Source: Chloroflexota bacterium (GTDB lineage Bacteria > Chloroflexota > Limnocylindria > Limnocylindrales > CSP1-4). From it: a stretch of 64,000 nt of DNA. Positions within the stretch are counted from its first letter, which is position 1; each line of letters opens with the position of its first letter. The translations under genes were made by a program, and so were the position numbers. The DNA lies in NCBI GenBank assembly GCA_031361415.1, contig JANMCU010000235.1:5123-69122 (forward strand), given 5' to 3'. This document shows, one piece after another, positions 7,951-17,697 of the stretch. The notes beneath the pieces were generated by a model that saw nothing but the letters and a program-made list of their open reading frames with translations, had not been told where the DNA came from and searched no databases.

Positions 7951-10668
7951 GTGCAGGACCCCCAGCCCGACCCACCGCTCAGCGTGCTCGCGCGCCCGCG
8001 ATTGCGGACGGCCGGGCACCTCCTGTCCCAGCGCCGGGTCGGGCGTTGGGCGCACCAGCGGGCGGCATCCGGTCGCGACCGGCGCCACCGTGGACCGACC
8101 CGCGGCAGCCGGCTGCCCGGGCTGGTCGCGACCGCCCTGATCACGTTCCTCGTCGGGTCACTGCTCCTCGCTGGGGTGGCCGTCGTGGGCACGGTGGCCT
8201 CGGTCACGGCCCTGTCCGAGGGTCTGCCCGACCCGACGAATCTCGCCGCCCTGACCTTCGCCCAGCCGACCGTCGTCTACGATCGGACAGGCAAGATCCA
8301 GCTCGGCCGCTTCCAGCGCGAACAGCGGCGGGTGGTTGCATTCGCCGAGGTCCCACGGCTCGTCCTCGACGCCACGACGACCGCAGAGGACCGGACCTTC
8401 TGGGAGAACAGCGGCTTCGATCCGACCGCCATCCTGAGCGCCGTCGCGAACAACGCCGCCGGGACCAGCGATCGGGGCGCCTCGACGATCACCCAGCAGC
8501 TCGTCCGCGCCCGGCTGCTGCCCCAGGATGTGATCGCCCCCGGCGCCAACCGCTACCTGCGCAAGGCCAAGGAGCTGATCCAGTCGTCGCGCCTGACCCG
8601 GGCCTATCCAGGCGAGGCCGGCAAGCAGCAGATCGTCACCGCCTACCTCAACGAGATCTTCTACGGCCACGACGCCTACGGGATCGCCGCCGCGGCCGTG
8701 ATCTACTTCGGGGTCAGCGACCTCTCGAAGCTGACGGTCGCCCAGGCCGCGCTCCTGGCGGGCCTGCCGAAGTCGCCGTCGACCTTCGACCCGTACCTCT
8801 ACGCCAAGCCCGACAAGGCCGGCCGGCTGGTCGTCGCGCCCGATGCACCGCCGGTCGTTCGGCGTGACTACATTCTCGAGAACCTCTCGACGTCGCGCTG
8901 GACTCACCTGACCCCGGCCGGACTGGCGGTTGCCCTGGCTGAGCCCGTCGTTCTGCGCGGCGACATCCCGCTGTCGTTCCTTGCGCCCCACTTCACCTGG
9001 CAGGTCCGGCGCCAGCTCCAGTCCATTCTCGGACCCGGTGCGTCGATCGACACGGGCGGTTACACGGTCATCACGAGCCTCGACTGGCGCGCCCAGACTC
9101 TCGCCGAGAAGTGGCTGACCGCGGCCGCGGTCGCTCCCAACATCCAGGGGAAGGCCTCAGCCATGCTGCTTCGGACCCTCAAGATCGGGGCCGGCGACAA
9201 GAGCTGGATCAACGCGCTGCGCGGCAAGGACCTCCACAACGCAGCGCTCGTCGCGCTCGACTACCGGACGGGCGACGTCCTCGCCTATGCCGGCAGCGCG
9301 GGTTATTACCAGGACAAGCTGGCAAGCCCGAAGTTCGATCCGAAGTACGACGCCGCAGGCGACGGCACGCGGCAGCCCGGATCGGCCTTCAAGCCGATCG
9401 TCTACGCCAGCGCATTTGACACGCGCAAGCTCACGCCGGGCAGCCTGCTGCTCGACATCGCGACCCACTTCGACAAGGGCTGGGGGCCGCATGATGCCGA
9501 CCAGCTCGACCGCGGTCCGGTGCTCGTCCGAAAGGCCCTCCAGTACTCGCTCAACGTGCCGGCGATCCGAGCGCTCCAGCGGGTCGGCAATCAGTCGGTC
9601 GCGGATCACGCGCTGAAGTTCGGGATCCGCTTCGCCGGCGGCTCGAAGGCCTTCATGCAGGCGGGCCTGACGGGCGCGATCGGCACGGTCGAGCTGCGCC
9701 CGATCGACCTCACGTCCGCGTACGGGGCGATCGCCAATGGCGGGCTGCATGTGCCGCCACGGATGATCCTCGAGATCCGCGATGCCGGCGGCAAGGTGGT
9801 CTACAAGGCGCCGCCACCGACCGGCGTCCAGGCGGTCAGCAAGCCCGCCGCGTTCCTCGTGGCCGACATCCTCCAGGGCAACACCGACCCCCACCAGAAC
9901 CCCATCTGGTCGGCCGCCCTCGAGATCACGAACGGCCCGCACGGCGAACGTCGTCCGGCAGCGGTCAAGACGGGCACCTCGGACGATGCTCGCGACCTCG
10001 CAACCTACGGCTTCCTCGCCCCGCCGGACAACCCCAACACGCCGGCGATCGCGGTCGGGATCTGGATGGGCAACAGCGATCACTCCTTTCCCCGTTCGCC
10101 GAAGCCCGCGATCTCGCTGACCGCCGTCGCGCCCCTCTGGCGGGCGTTCGTTCGTGACCTCACCGCCAGGCAGCCGGTCGCCAGCTTCCGTCCCCCGAAG
10201 GGCGTCGTCCAGGCCACGATCGACGCGTGGACGGGTGGTGCGCCGGGTCCCTGGACCCGCGCCACGGTCACCGAGTGGTTCATCGACGGGACGCAGCCCG
10301 GCGGCTCGCGCCAGGTCGACCTGCCCGGATTGCTGTACACCGCGTCGTGCGGCGGCTGGCGGGTCGATCCCGTCAAAGCCGAGCTCGGACCGCCGGCCTG
10401 GGATCCCGACGTGGCCAACTGGCTCAGTCGCGCCCGGCGCGGGGTCGGCGTCGTGAGTTCGCTGGGCACCCGAACCGCGTACTTCTGGCAGCGCACGGGC
10501 TGGGGTGGACCGCTCCTCGGCAGCTGTGCGCCGAAACCGGCCAAGCCTCCGCAGGGTGGACCGGGTGGTGGTGGCGGCGGCAAGGGCGGCGGCAAGGGCG
10601 GCGGGGGCGGCGGAGGCGGCGGCTCGCCGGCTCCGGGCCCGACGCCGGCACCGACTGCGGTCCCGTGA
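7951..10668 (+). CDS. class A penicillin-binding protein (transglycosylase/transpeptidase, PBP1A-like) with Gly/Lys-rich C-terminal tail
   Basis: GT51 motifs (EDRTFWEN, ITQQLVR), transpeptidase SAFKP and KTGT motifs; exact start uncertain (coding-like GC3 from 7951). Confidence 0.9.
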   Translation: MQDPQPDPPLSVLARPRLRTAGHLLSQRRVGRWAHQRAASGRDRRHRGPTRGSRLPGLVATALITFLVGSLLLAGVAVVGTVASVTALSEGLPDPTNLAALTFAQPTVVYDRTGKIQLGRFQREQRRVVAFAEVPRLVLDATTTAEDRTFWENSGFDPTAILSAVANNAAGTSDRGASTITQQLVRARLLPQDVIAPGANRYLRKAKELIQSSRLTRAYPGEAGKQQIVTAYLNEIFYGHDAYGIAAAAVIYFGVSDLSKLTVAQAALLAGLPKSPSTFDPYLYAKPDKAGRLVVAPDAPPVVRRDYILENLSTSRWTHLTPAGLAVALAEPVVLRGDIPLSFLAPHFTWQVRRQLQSILGPGASIDTGGYTVITSLDWRAQTLAEKWLTAAAVAPNIQGKASAMLLRTLKIGAGDKSWINALRGKDLHNAALVALDYRTGDVLAYAGSAGYYQDKLASPKFDPKYDAAGDGTRQPGSAFKPIVYASAFDTRKLTPGSLLLDIATHFDKGWGPHDADQLDRGPVLVRKALQYSLNVPAIRALQRVGNQSVADHALKFGIRFAGGSKAFMQAGLTGAIGTVELRPIDLTSAYGAIANGGLHVPPRMILEIRDAGGKVVYKAPPPTGVQAVSKPAAFLVADILQGNTDPHQNPIWSAALEITNGPHGERRPAAVKTGTSDDARDLATYGFLAPPDNPNTPAIAVGIWMGNSDHSFPRSPKPAISLTAVAPLWRAFVRDLTARQPVASFRPPKGVVQATIDAWTGGAPGPWTRATVTEWFIDGTQPGGSRQVDLPGLLYTASCGGWRVDPVKAELGPPAWDPDVANWLSRARRGVGVVSSLGTRTAYFWQRTGWGGPLLGSCAPKPAKPPQGGPGGGGGGKGGGKGGGGGGGGGSPAPGPTPAPTAVP
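10555..10623 (+). repeat. GGC/GGT trinucleotide tract encoding poly-Gly(Lys) at PBP C-terminus
   Basis: ggtggtggtggcggcggcaagggcggcggcaagggcggcgggggcggcggaggcggcggc. Confidence 0.6.
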
Positions 10669-11825
10669 TCCGCGACGACGGCTTCGGACGATCGGTGACG
10701 CGCGGCGCGGGGCTCGCGATCGGCGTGGCGCTGGTCGTCGGCCTGATCGCGCTCGGCATCGCCGCCAGCCACGTCCTGATCCTCGTCCTGATCGCGGTCA
10801 TTCTCGCGTCGGGCCTCCAGCCGTTCATCGCCTGGATCCGCGGCCACCTGTCGATCGGCCGCGGCCCGACGATCCTGCTCGTCTACCTGGCGTTTCTGAC
10901 GGTCGTCGTCGGCATGGCGTTCGTCATCGTCCCCGCAGCGATCAGCCAGCTCGAGCGAACGGTGGCGTCGCTTCCGCCGTTCCTCGACCGGGCCCGCGAG
11001 TGGGCGGGCACGGTCCGCCCGACCGGCTTGTCACGAAGCCTGCTGGCCCTGGTCGACGCCGCCGCGCGGGTCGTCGAGCCGCCGGCCAGCGCGACGCCCG
11101 CGCCAGGCCAGGTCGTCCAGGTCGGGCTGACGGTCGCGGAGACCGTCACGTCGCTGCTGACCCTCCTGACCGTCGTGTACTTCTGGCTGACCGAGCACGC
11201 CCGCCTCCAGCGCTACGTCCTCGCGTTCGTCCCGACCGACCGCCGGAAGCGCGCCCGCGACGTCTGGAATGCCGCCGAGACGCGGCTCGGGATGTGGGTC
11301 CGTGGCCAGCTGATCCTGATGGCCACGATCGGCATCGGCGCCGGCGCGATCTATACCGTCCTCGGCGTCCCGGCGGCGCTGCTCCTCGGCCTGATCGCGG
11401 CATTGGCCGAGGCGGTCCCGATTGTCGGGCCCCTGCTCGGCGCGATCCCGGCGGTCCTCGTTGGTGCGACCGTCTCGCCCCAGCTCGGCCTCGAGGTCGC
11501 CGGCGCGTATCTCGTCCTCCAGCTCCTCGAAGGAAACATTCTCGTGCCCCTCGTCATGCGCAACACGATCGGGATCTCGCCGTTCCTCGTGATCCTGAGC
11601 GTGCTGATCGGCGGCTCGGCGGGCGGCTTCGTCGGGGCGCTCCTGGCGGTCCCGATCGCCGCCGTCGGCGAGGTCCTGATCGAAGGCCTCCAATCGCGCG
11701 AGATCCCCGTCGCCCAGGACCCGACGGCGACCGACACGACCGAGAACGAATCGAACGCAGCCGATGAGCCGGACAACGTCGCCGCGGTCCGCCCGCAACC
11801 GACCGCCAGCAGCTCCGAGGGTTGA
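10665..11825 (+). CDS. AI-2E family transporter (PerM/UPF0118)
   Basis: AI-2E 8-TM core; GTG start overlapping PBP stop (GTGA). Confidence 0.8.
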   Translation: MIRDDGFGRSVTRGAGLAIGVALVVGLIALGIAASHVLILVLIAVILASGLQPFIAWIRGHLSIGRGPTILLVYLAFLTVVVGMAFVIVPAAISQLERTVASLPPFLDRAREWAGTVRPTGLSRSLLALVDAAARVVEPPASATPAPGQVVQVGLTVAETVTSLLTLLTVVYFWLTEHARLQRYVLAFVPTDRRKRARDVWNAAETRLGMWVRGQLILMATIGIGAGAIYTVLGVPAALLLGLIAALAEAVPIVGPLLGAIPAVLVGATVSPQLGLEVAGAYLVLQLLEGNILVPLVMRNTIGISPFLVILSVLIGGSAGGFVGALLAVPIAAVGEVLIEGLQSREIPVAQDPTATDTTENESNAADEPDNVAAVRPQPTASSSEG

Positions 11826-14800
11826 CCGGCCGACTCGAACGACCGATCGCCCGGAGCAACCCGTCCGCCGGGTCGATTGCAACGCCGCTGCAAGCCTTCT
11901 GGAGCGACGGCCCATCGCTGTGCGACCGGGTACCTGCGCTACTGCAACGGGCCGCCGCGTCCGGGCGTCGGCGGGTCAATGAGGGATCGGTGGACCAGCG
12001 AATCATTGACGTCATCGAAGAGACCGCGGGACCGGATCGGTCAGGGCCTGATCGGTCAGGTACGGATCGCCTGCGTCCGGTTCAGCCTGCGCCCCGACCG
12101 GCGCTGCTCGGGCCGGATGCGCTGCCGGCCGACCTGCGGGCGATCCTCCAGGGGATCGCCGCCGGGGTCACTGTCCAGGACGCGAGCGGCCAGCTCCTGT
12201 TCGTCAACGAGAACGCCGCGCGTCTGGCCGGCTTCGGCTCGCCGGCCGAGATGCTCGCTGCATCGCCGGGCGACATGATGGACCGCTTCGAGATGGTCGA
12301 CGAGGAAGGCGGCCCGTTCGACCGCGCGCTGCTGCCCGGGCGACGCGCCATCGCCGGCGAGCCGGCGGAGCCGGTGCTCGTCGGCTTCCGGCTCGTCACC
12401 GGCGGCCAGCCGCAATGGTCGATGCTCGAGGCCCGCCGCGCCGAGCTCACCGACGGGCGGCCGGTCGCGATCAACACGTTCCACGACGTCACGCCGCGGA
12501 TCGAGAGCGAGCGCCGGATCCGCGACAGCGAGCGTCAGACCCACGAGCTCGCCGAGGCGCGACGACGGGCGGAGGAGATCGCCCGGATGCTGGCCGACGC
12601 CGCGTTGCGCCTCGATGAGGCCGACAACATCGCGGCCGTGGTCCAGGCCGCCGCCCAGGCCGCGATCCCGGTCATCGCCGACTGGTGCGTCGTCGATCTC
12701 GTCGCCGCCGATGGCGCGGTCCGCCGGAGCGCGATCGCGGCACGCGACGAGCGGCTGGCGGCGCTCGTGGCGCCGCTCCGCGACGACGCGTCCGTCGGCG
12801 ATGGGACGCGCGGCAGCGGCCGCGCATTCGCCACACGCGCCGCCGTCGTCGCGCTCGACATCGAGGCGTGGTGGGCGGCCGAGACGGAGCCGGACCCCGA
12901 GCTCCGGGACGTCCTGCACGCGACCGGGGTCCGGAGCGCGATCGCCCAGCCGTTGCTCGCTCGGGGCGAGGCGATCGGCTCGATCGTGTTCGCGACTGTT
13001 GGCGAGCGGTCGTTCCCGCCCGAGGCGATCGCGGCCACGGTCGAGGTCGCGAACCGGATCGCGCTCGCAATCGCCAACCGCTGGTCGCACGAGGCCGAGC
13101 AGCGGGCCCGCCAGGCGGCCGAGCAGCTGGCGGACCGAATGGAGCGCCTCCAGTCGGTCACCCGGACCCTGGCGGACGCGGCCACCATCGAGGACGTGGT
13201 CGCGATCGTTGCCGACGAGGCGAGACGCGCGCTCGGGGCGAGCTCGGTCGTCGTCGGACTCCTCGACGAGACGGCGGGTCGCCTCGACCTGGTCGTCCAG
13301 CAGGGAGAAACGCAGCCGCTCGACCTCGACGCGCGAACCGTCGACGACGACGCGCGAACCGTCGACCTCGACGCCCGCGTGCCCCTCGCGACCGCGGTTC
13401 GGGAGGCCCGGCCGATCTGGATCGAGGGTGCCGGCGGCGGGGACGAACGCGAGGCATCGGGCTCGGCCGTCCCCCTGATCGCCGACCAGACCCCGCTCGG
13501 CGCCCTGTGGCTCGGCTTCGCCGCGCCGCGGACGTTCGCTCCGGCCGATCAGCGCCTGGTGCGGGCCTATGCCGACCTGGCGGCCGGGGCAATCGTCCGG
13601 CTCCGGCTCGGCGCGGTCCGCCAGCTGCTGCTCGCCGCCAACGAGGCGGAGCGGGCGCGGCTCGAGTCGGTCCTGCGCCGGATGCCGATCGGGGTGATCC
13701 TCGCGGCCGTGCCGGACGGGCGCTTCCTCTACGCCAACGAGGCGGCGCTGCGCCTGTCGCCCATACCCGTCGCAATCGGCGCGGCGCCGGACGACTCGAT
13801 CGGCCGCGGCTTCCGGCCGGACGGCTCGGAGCTCGGCCCGGACGAGTGGCCGCTTCGTCGGGCGATGGCCGGCGAGACGGTCGAGAACGAGGTTGTCGAG
13901 ATCGCCTACAAGGACGGGACCCGACGGACGTACGGGCTGAGCGCCGCTCCGATCCCGGGTCCATTGGGCGAGGTCGAGACGGCCGTCCTGACGTATACCG
14001 ATGTCACCGACCGGATCCGGGCCCAGGAGCGCGAGTCGTTCCTTGCCCGTGCATCGGAGGTGCTGTCGTCGTCGCTCGACTACGAGCGAACCGTGCAGGC
14101 GGTCGCCGAGCTCGCCGTCCCCGACTTTGCGGACTGGTGCGTCGTCCAGCTCGCCAGTGAGGACGGCGCGCCGCGGCGGATCGCGGTCGCCCACCGCGAC
14201 CCGGACAAGGTCGCACTGGCGGCCCGGATCGAGGAGGAGTACCCGCCCGATCCGAACGCGACCAGCGGCGTCGCAGAGATCCTCCGGACCGGCCGGTCCG
14301 AGTACGTTGCCGAGATCCCGGCCGAGATCCTTGACGCGGCAGCGCGCGACGACCGCCATCGGGAGATGATCCGCGCCCTCGCTCTGCGGTCCTACATCTC
14401 GGTGCCCCTGATGGCGACCGGCCGGACCGTTGGCGTGCTGACCCTCGTGACGAGCGATTCGGGCCGCCTGTTCGAACCGCACGACGTCGCGTTCGCGGAG
14501 AACCTCGCAGCGCGGGCGGCGAGCGCGATCGAGAACGCCCGGCTGTTCAGCGAGGGCGTCCGGTTCAAGCGCCTGCTCGACGCGACCGGCGACGCGATCC
14601 TGATGCTCGACCCGGTCGGTGGGCGGATCGCCTACGCCAATCGCGGCGCCGCGGAGCAGCTCGAGCGGACGGTCGACGACCTCCTCGGCTCACCGATCAA
14701 CGAGCACCTCGACCCAAGCGGGACGGCGATCCTCGGTGGCGCGATGGCGGACCTGGCCGACGGACAGACCGAGGCCCGGACCGTCATCCTCGAGCTCCAC

Positions 14801-15982
14801 CGGCCGAGCGGCTCGATCCGGCCGGTCGAGGTCCGCCTCGAGTACGTCGCCCCCGACGGCGCGCCGGCCCGGATCCTCGCGATCGCTCGAGATATCCGCG
14901 ACCGGATCCAGGCCCAGGAACGGCTGCGCGGACTGGCCGCGGCCGAGCACGCCCGTGCCGCCGAGCTCAATGCCGTGATCCGGGCGATGGGCGACGGCGT
15001 CGTCGTGTGCGACCGCGCCGGCCGGATCATCCTTGCCAACCCGGCGGCCGAGGACGTCTTTCCTGACGTCGAGGAGACGACCTACGACGAGATCCTCGCC
15101 GAGCTCGAAGATCCCGAGGGGCTCGCGCCGGTCCTCGGCCGGCGGGGCGGGCCGGTCGAGCTGCGGGTCCGGTCCGGCGACGAGCGCTGGATCGAGCTCA
15201 GCACGTGGCCCGTCGCCGGCGGCGGCGACCGCATCGCGGGCCACGAGGACGAGACGATCGTGCTCCTCCGCGACGTAACCGAGCATCGCCAGCAACAGGC
15301 CGTCCGCGACACATTCATCGGAGTCCTCTCGCACGAGCTCCGGACCCCGGTCACGACGATCTACGCCGGGGCCAAGGTTCTGTCCCGGCCGGGCACGCTG
15401 TCCGACGAGACGCGCCAGGAGATCTTCGACGACATCGTCGTCGAGTCCGAGCGTCTTCACCGGCTCGTCGAGGACGTCGTCGCGATGACTCGCTTCGGCG
15501 AGGAGGGCGGCGATGTCGGGGCCGAGCCGGTCCTCCTCCAGCGGCTCCTCCCGGCGGTCGTCGCATCCGAGGACGTTCGCTGGCCCGGCGTCTCGTTCGA
15601 GCTCATCGTTGCGCCGGGCCTGCCCACGGTCATCGCGGATCCGACCTACGTCGAGCAGGTGATCCGGAATCTGCTCTCGAATGCCGCGAAGTACGGCGGA
15701 CCGGGGGCGTCGGTCATGGCCCGAGTCGAGGTCGTGGGCGACGAGGTCCAGGTCCGGATCGTCGACGACGGCCCAGGCTTCCCAGTCGAGGAGGGCGACC
15801 GTCTGTTCGAGTTGTTCTTCCGGTCCTCGCGGACGGCGCGTGCAGCGGCCGGGGCCGGCATCGGGCTGTTCGTCTGTGCGCGCCTGATCAAGGCGATGGG
15901 CGGTCGGATCTGGGCGTCGAGCCGGCCCGAAGGCGGGGCCGAGTTCGGGTTTGCCCTGCGGGTCATGGGCGAGGACGGCTGA
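11822..15982 (+). CDS. multi-sensor (PAS/GAF x several) cytoplasmic histidine kinase, 1386 aa
   Basis: HisKA (FIGVLSHELRTPVTTI), HATPase_c (NLLSNAAKYGG..GIGLFVCARLIKAMGG); alternating PAS/GAF modules; ATG overlaps AI-2E stop (ATGA); no TM segments seen. Confidence 0.85.
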   Translation: MTGRLERPIARSNPSAGSIATPLQAFWSDGPSLCDRVPALLQRAAASGRRRVNEGSVDQRIIDVIEETAGPDRSGPDRSGTDRLRPVQPAPRPALLGPDALPADLRAILQGIAAGVTVQDASGQLLFVNENAARLAGFGSPAEMLAASPGDMMDRFEMVDEEGGPFDRALLPGRRAIAGEPAEPVLVGFRLVTGGQPQWSMLEARRAELTDGRPVAINTFHDVTPRIESERRIRDSERQTHELAEARRRAEEIARMLADAALRLDEADNIAAVVQAAAQAAIPVIADWCVVDLVAADGAVRRSAIAARDERLAALVAPLRDDASVGDGTRGSGRAFATRAAVVALDIEAWWAAETEPDPELRDVLHATGVRSAIAQPLLARGEAIGSIVFATVGERSFPPEAIAATVEVANRIALAIANRWSHEAEQRARQAAEQLADRMERLQSVTRTLADAATIEDVVAIVADEARRALGASSVVVGLLDETAGRLDLVVQQGETQPLDLDARTVDDDARTVDLDARVPLATAVREARPIWIEGAGGGDEREASGSAVPLIADQTPLGALWLGFAAPRTFAPADQRLVRAYADLAAGAIVRLRLGAVRQLLLAANEAERARLESVLRRMPIGVILAAVPDGRFLYANEAALRLSPIPVAIGAAPDDSIGRGFRPDGSELGPDEWPLRRAMAGETVENEVVEIAYKDGTRRTYGLSAAPIPGPLGEVETAVLTYTDVTDRIRAQERESFLARASEVLSSSLDYERTVQAVAELAVPDFADWCVVQLASEDGAPRRIAVAHRDPDKVALAARIEEEYPPDPNATSGVAEILRTGRSEYVAEIPAEILDAAARDDRHREMIRALALRSYISVPLMATGRTVGVLTLVTSDSGRLFEPHDVAFAENLAARAASAIENARLFSEGVRFKRLLDATGDAILMLDPVGGRIAYANRGAAEQLERTVDDLLGSPINEHLDPSGTAILGGAMADLADGQTEARTVILELHRPSGSIRPVEVRLEYVAPDGAPARILAIARDIRDRIQAQERLRGLAAAEHARAAELNAVIRAMGDGVVVCDRAGRIILANPAAEDVFPDVEETTYDEILAELEDPEGLAPVLGRRGGPVELRVRSGDERWIELSTWPVAGGGDRIAGHEDETIVLLRDVTEHRQQQAVRDTFIGVLSHELRTPVTTIYAGAKVLSRPGTLSDETRQEIFDDIVVESERLHRLVEDVVAMTRFGEEGGDVGAEPVLLQRLLPAVVASEDVRWPGVSFELIVAPGLPTVIADPTYVEQVIRNLLSNAAKYGGPGASVMARVEVVGDEVQVRIVDDGPGFPVEEGDRLFELFFRSSRTARAAAGAGIGLFVCARLIKAMGGRIWASSRPEGGAEFGFALRVMGEDG
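13321..13381 (+). repeat. in-frame 21-bp tandem repeat (~2.9 copies) inside histidine kinase linker (DLDARTV/DDDARTV)
   Basis: cgacctcgacgcgcgaaccgt / cgacgacgacgcgcgaaccgt / cgacctcgacgcccgcgt. Confidence 0.6.
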
Positions 15983-16024
15983 GCGCGGTCGTTGCCGCCG
16001 GGGTCGCAGGGTCGACCGGTAACG

Positions 16025-16984
16025 TCAGACCCAGTGGCGCACGCGCGCGACGACGACGATCGCGAGGGAGAACACGACCATCGCCGCCACGACGACGAAG
16101 AAGTTGTTCGGATCGTTGAAGAACGCCGGCTGGAAATTCATCCCCATGACGCCCGCAACGACGACGCCGGGCAGGGCGACCGCCGACAGCAGGGTAAGCG
16201 CCTTCATCACGTCGTTCGTCCGCTGCGACGCACGGCCGAGGTAGAGATCGAACGACCCGACGAGCAGCTCGCGGGTATTTTCCAGGCCGTCGATCGCCCG
16301 CTCGAGGCGCTGGACGATCCCCGGCCAGACGGGGCCCAGGTCAGTGCGCAGCTCGAAGTCCGGTCGTTCGAGGGGCATGAGCGCCTCGCGGTTCGGGGCG
16401 AGCACGCGACGGAGCCGAGCGATCCGCCTGCGCAGGACGAGGACTCGGTCGAGGAACGCGGCGTCGGCGTCGGCTCGGATCGCGAGCTCGTCAAGCGCGT
16501 CGATGTCCCGTTCGATCGATTCGATCTGCTGGAAAAAGGCGCCGAAGAGCGCGTCGATCAGGCCGGCCGTGAAGGCCGAGGCATCGAGCCGCCCGAGCTG
16601 CTCCTCGTTGCCGATCTCGGTCCGATAGGTATCGAGCGCCGTCAACGGGCCATCGTGCACCGTGATGATGTGGTTGGCGCCGAGGACCAGGTCCAGCTCG
16701 TGGCGGTCGACGGCCGCGTCGTCGGGCTCGACGGCACCGAGGGTCAGGACCACCCGATCGGGAAGGCGCAGGATCCGGACCCGCCGATCCACGTGCGACA
16801 GCCGGATCAGGCCTTCGGGCTCCAGCCCGACCGCCGCCGCAGCGGTCGCGAGGTCGGCCGGGTCGCGATCGTCGACGTCGATCCAGAGGAGGCGGTCGTG
16901 GTCGAACCGGACGCCTTCGCCGGCCTTGAGGTCGACCTCGCGGTCCTCGCCCTTGGCGTCGTAGAGGATGGCCCGCAGGGTCAA
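16025..16984 (-). CDS. corA: CorA family magnesium/cobalt transporter
   Basis: CorA C-terminal TM pair with GMNF motif (VVVAGVMGMNFQPAFF); ~320 aa when started at in-frame TTG overlapping the upstream small ORF stop. Confidence 0.85.
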   Translation of the reverse strand: MTLRAILYDAKGEDREVDLKAGEGVRFDHDRLLWIDVDDRDPADLATAAAAVGLEPEGLIRLSHVDRRVRILRLPDRVVLTLGAVEPDDAAVDRHELDLVLGANHIITVHDGPLTALDTYRTEIGNEEQLGRLDASAFTAGLIDALFGAFFQQIESIERDIDALDELAIRADADAAFLDRVLVLRRRIARLRRVLAPNREALMPLERPDFELRTDLGPVWPGIVQRLERAIDGLENTRELLVGSFDLYLGRASQRTNDVMKALTLLSAVALPGVVVAGVMGMNFQPAFFNDPNNFFVVVAAMVVFSLAIVVVARVRHWV

Positions 16985-17106
16985 CGGATGAAGGCCAGGA
17001 TTCCGGCGGCGGCGAGGGCGATGAAGGCCATCACGTACTCGACAAAACGCATCGATCGGTCCTGGGCCTCGGTCTCCGGCATCGGCAGGCCGGTCTGGCG
17101 GATCAT
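16981..17106 (-). CDS. 41-aa small membrane protein / upstream ORF translationally coupled to corA
   Basis: ATG with GGAG 8 nt upstream; encodes MIRQTGLPMPETEAQDRSMRFVEYVMAFIALAAAGILAFIR with C-terminal TM helix; stop TGA overlaps corA TTG (TTGA). Confidence 0.45.
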   Translation of the reverse strand: MIRQTGLPMPETEAQDRSMRFVEYVMAFIALAAAGILAFIR

Positions 17107-17697
17107 CGATCTGACTCCTGCAGTTCCGGGATCCGCTCGGTCCGCCCATCGGACCGGGGCCGGGATCTCCGATCCGATGGAGCATCGCTGGCCTTCGGTG
17201 CCAAATGCGGCTGTCCGCCGGGTCCTCCCCTATCACGCTCGTTGCACCCACGGCTGGCGGACGGCCGGCGTCACGCGGCATGCATCCACCGATCCGCGGC
17301 GGGACCCCAGTCGCCAAGGATCGTCACCCGTCCGAGCGCGAAACGCCGGCAGGCGGACGCAAGCGATCCGAGGCCGAATGTCGGGCGCCCTTCGCGAAAC
17401 CGGGACCGACTGTCAGGCAATGTGGCGCTGGGCGAGACGACGAGCATCGACAGCGCCGCGTCTGTCTGTCCGGCGCCCGGTTCGGCGCCGGCTCAGCGTG
17501 CGCGCGGGTCTGCCGGCACAGGCCTGATCTGCGCCCCAAATCGGACGGACACGACCCTGGTCCGGACCCCGAATCGGCCGATCGACCGCTGACAGACGGA
17601 TGCAATGAGGATGGCCCGCTCCGTAATCGGGCCAGTGGCCAGGCGGCCCGATGATCCACCTCGATCCCGGTTTCGGGACGCCAGAGCGGAATTAGGG

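Noticed and set aside
17107-17330. M-box (Mg2+) riboswitch upstream of corA
   Set aside because: Could not recognise M-box consensus elements by eye. Left as a hypothesis for a covariance-model scan.
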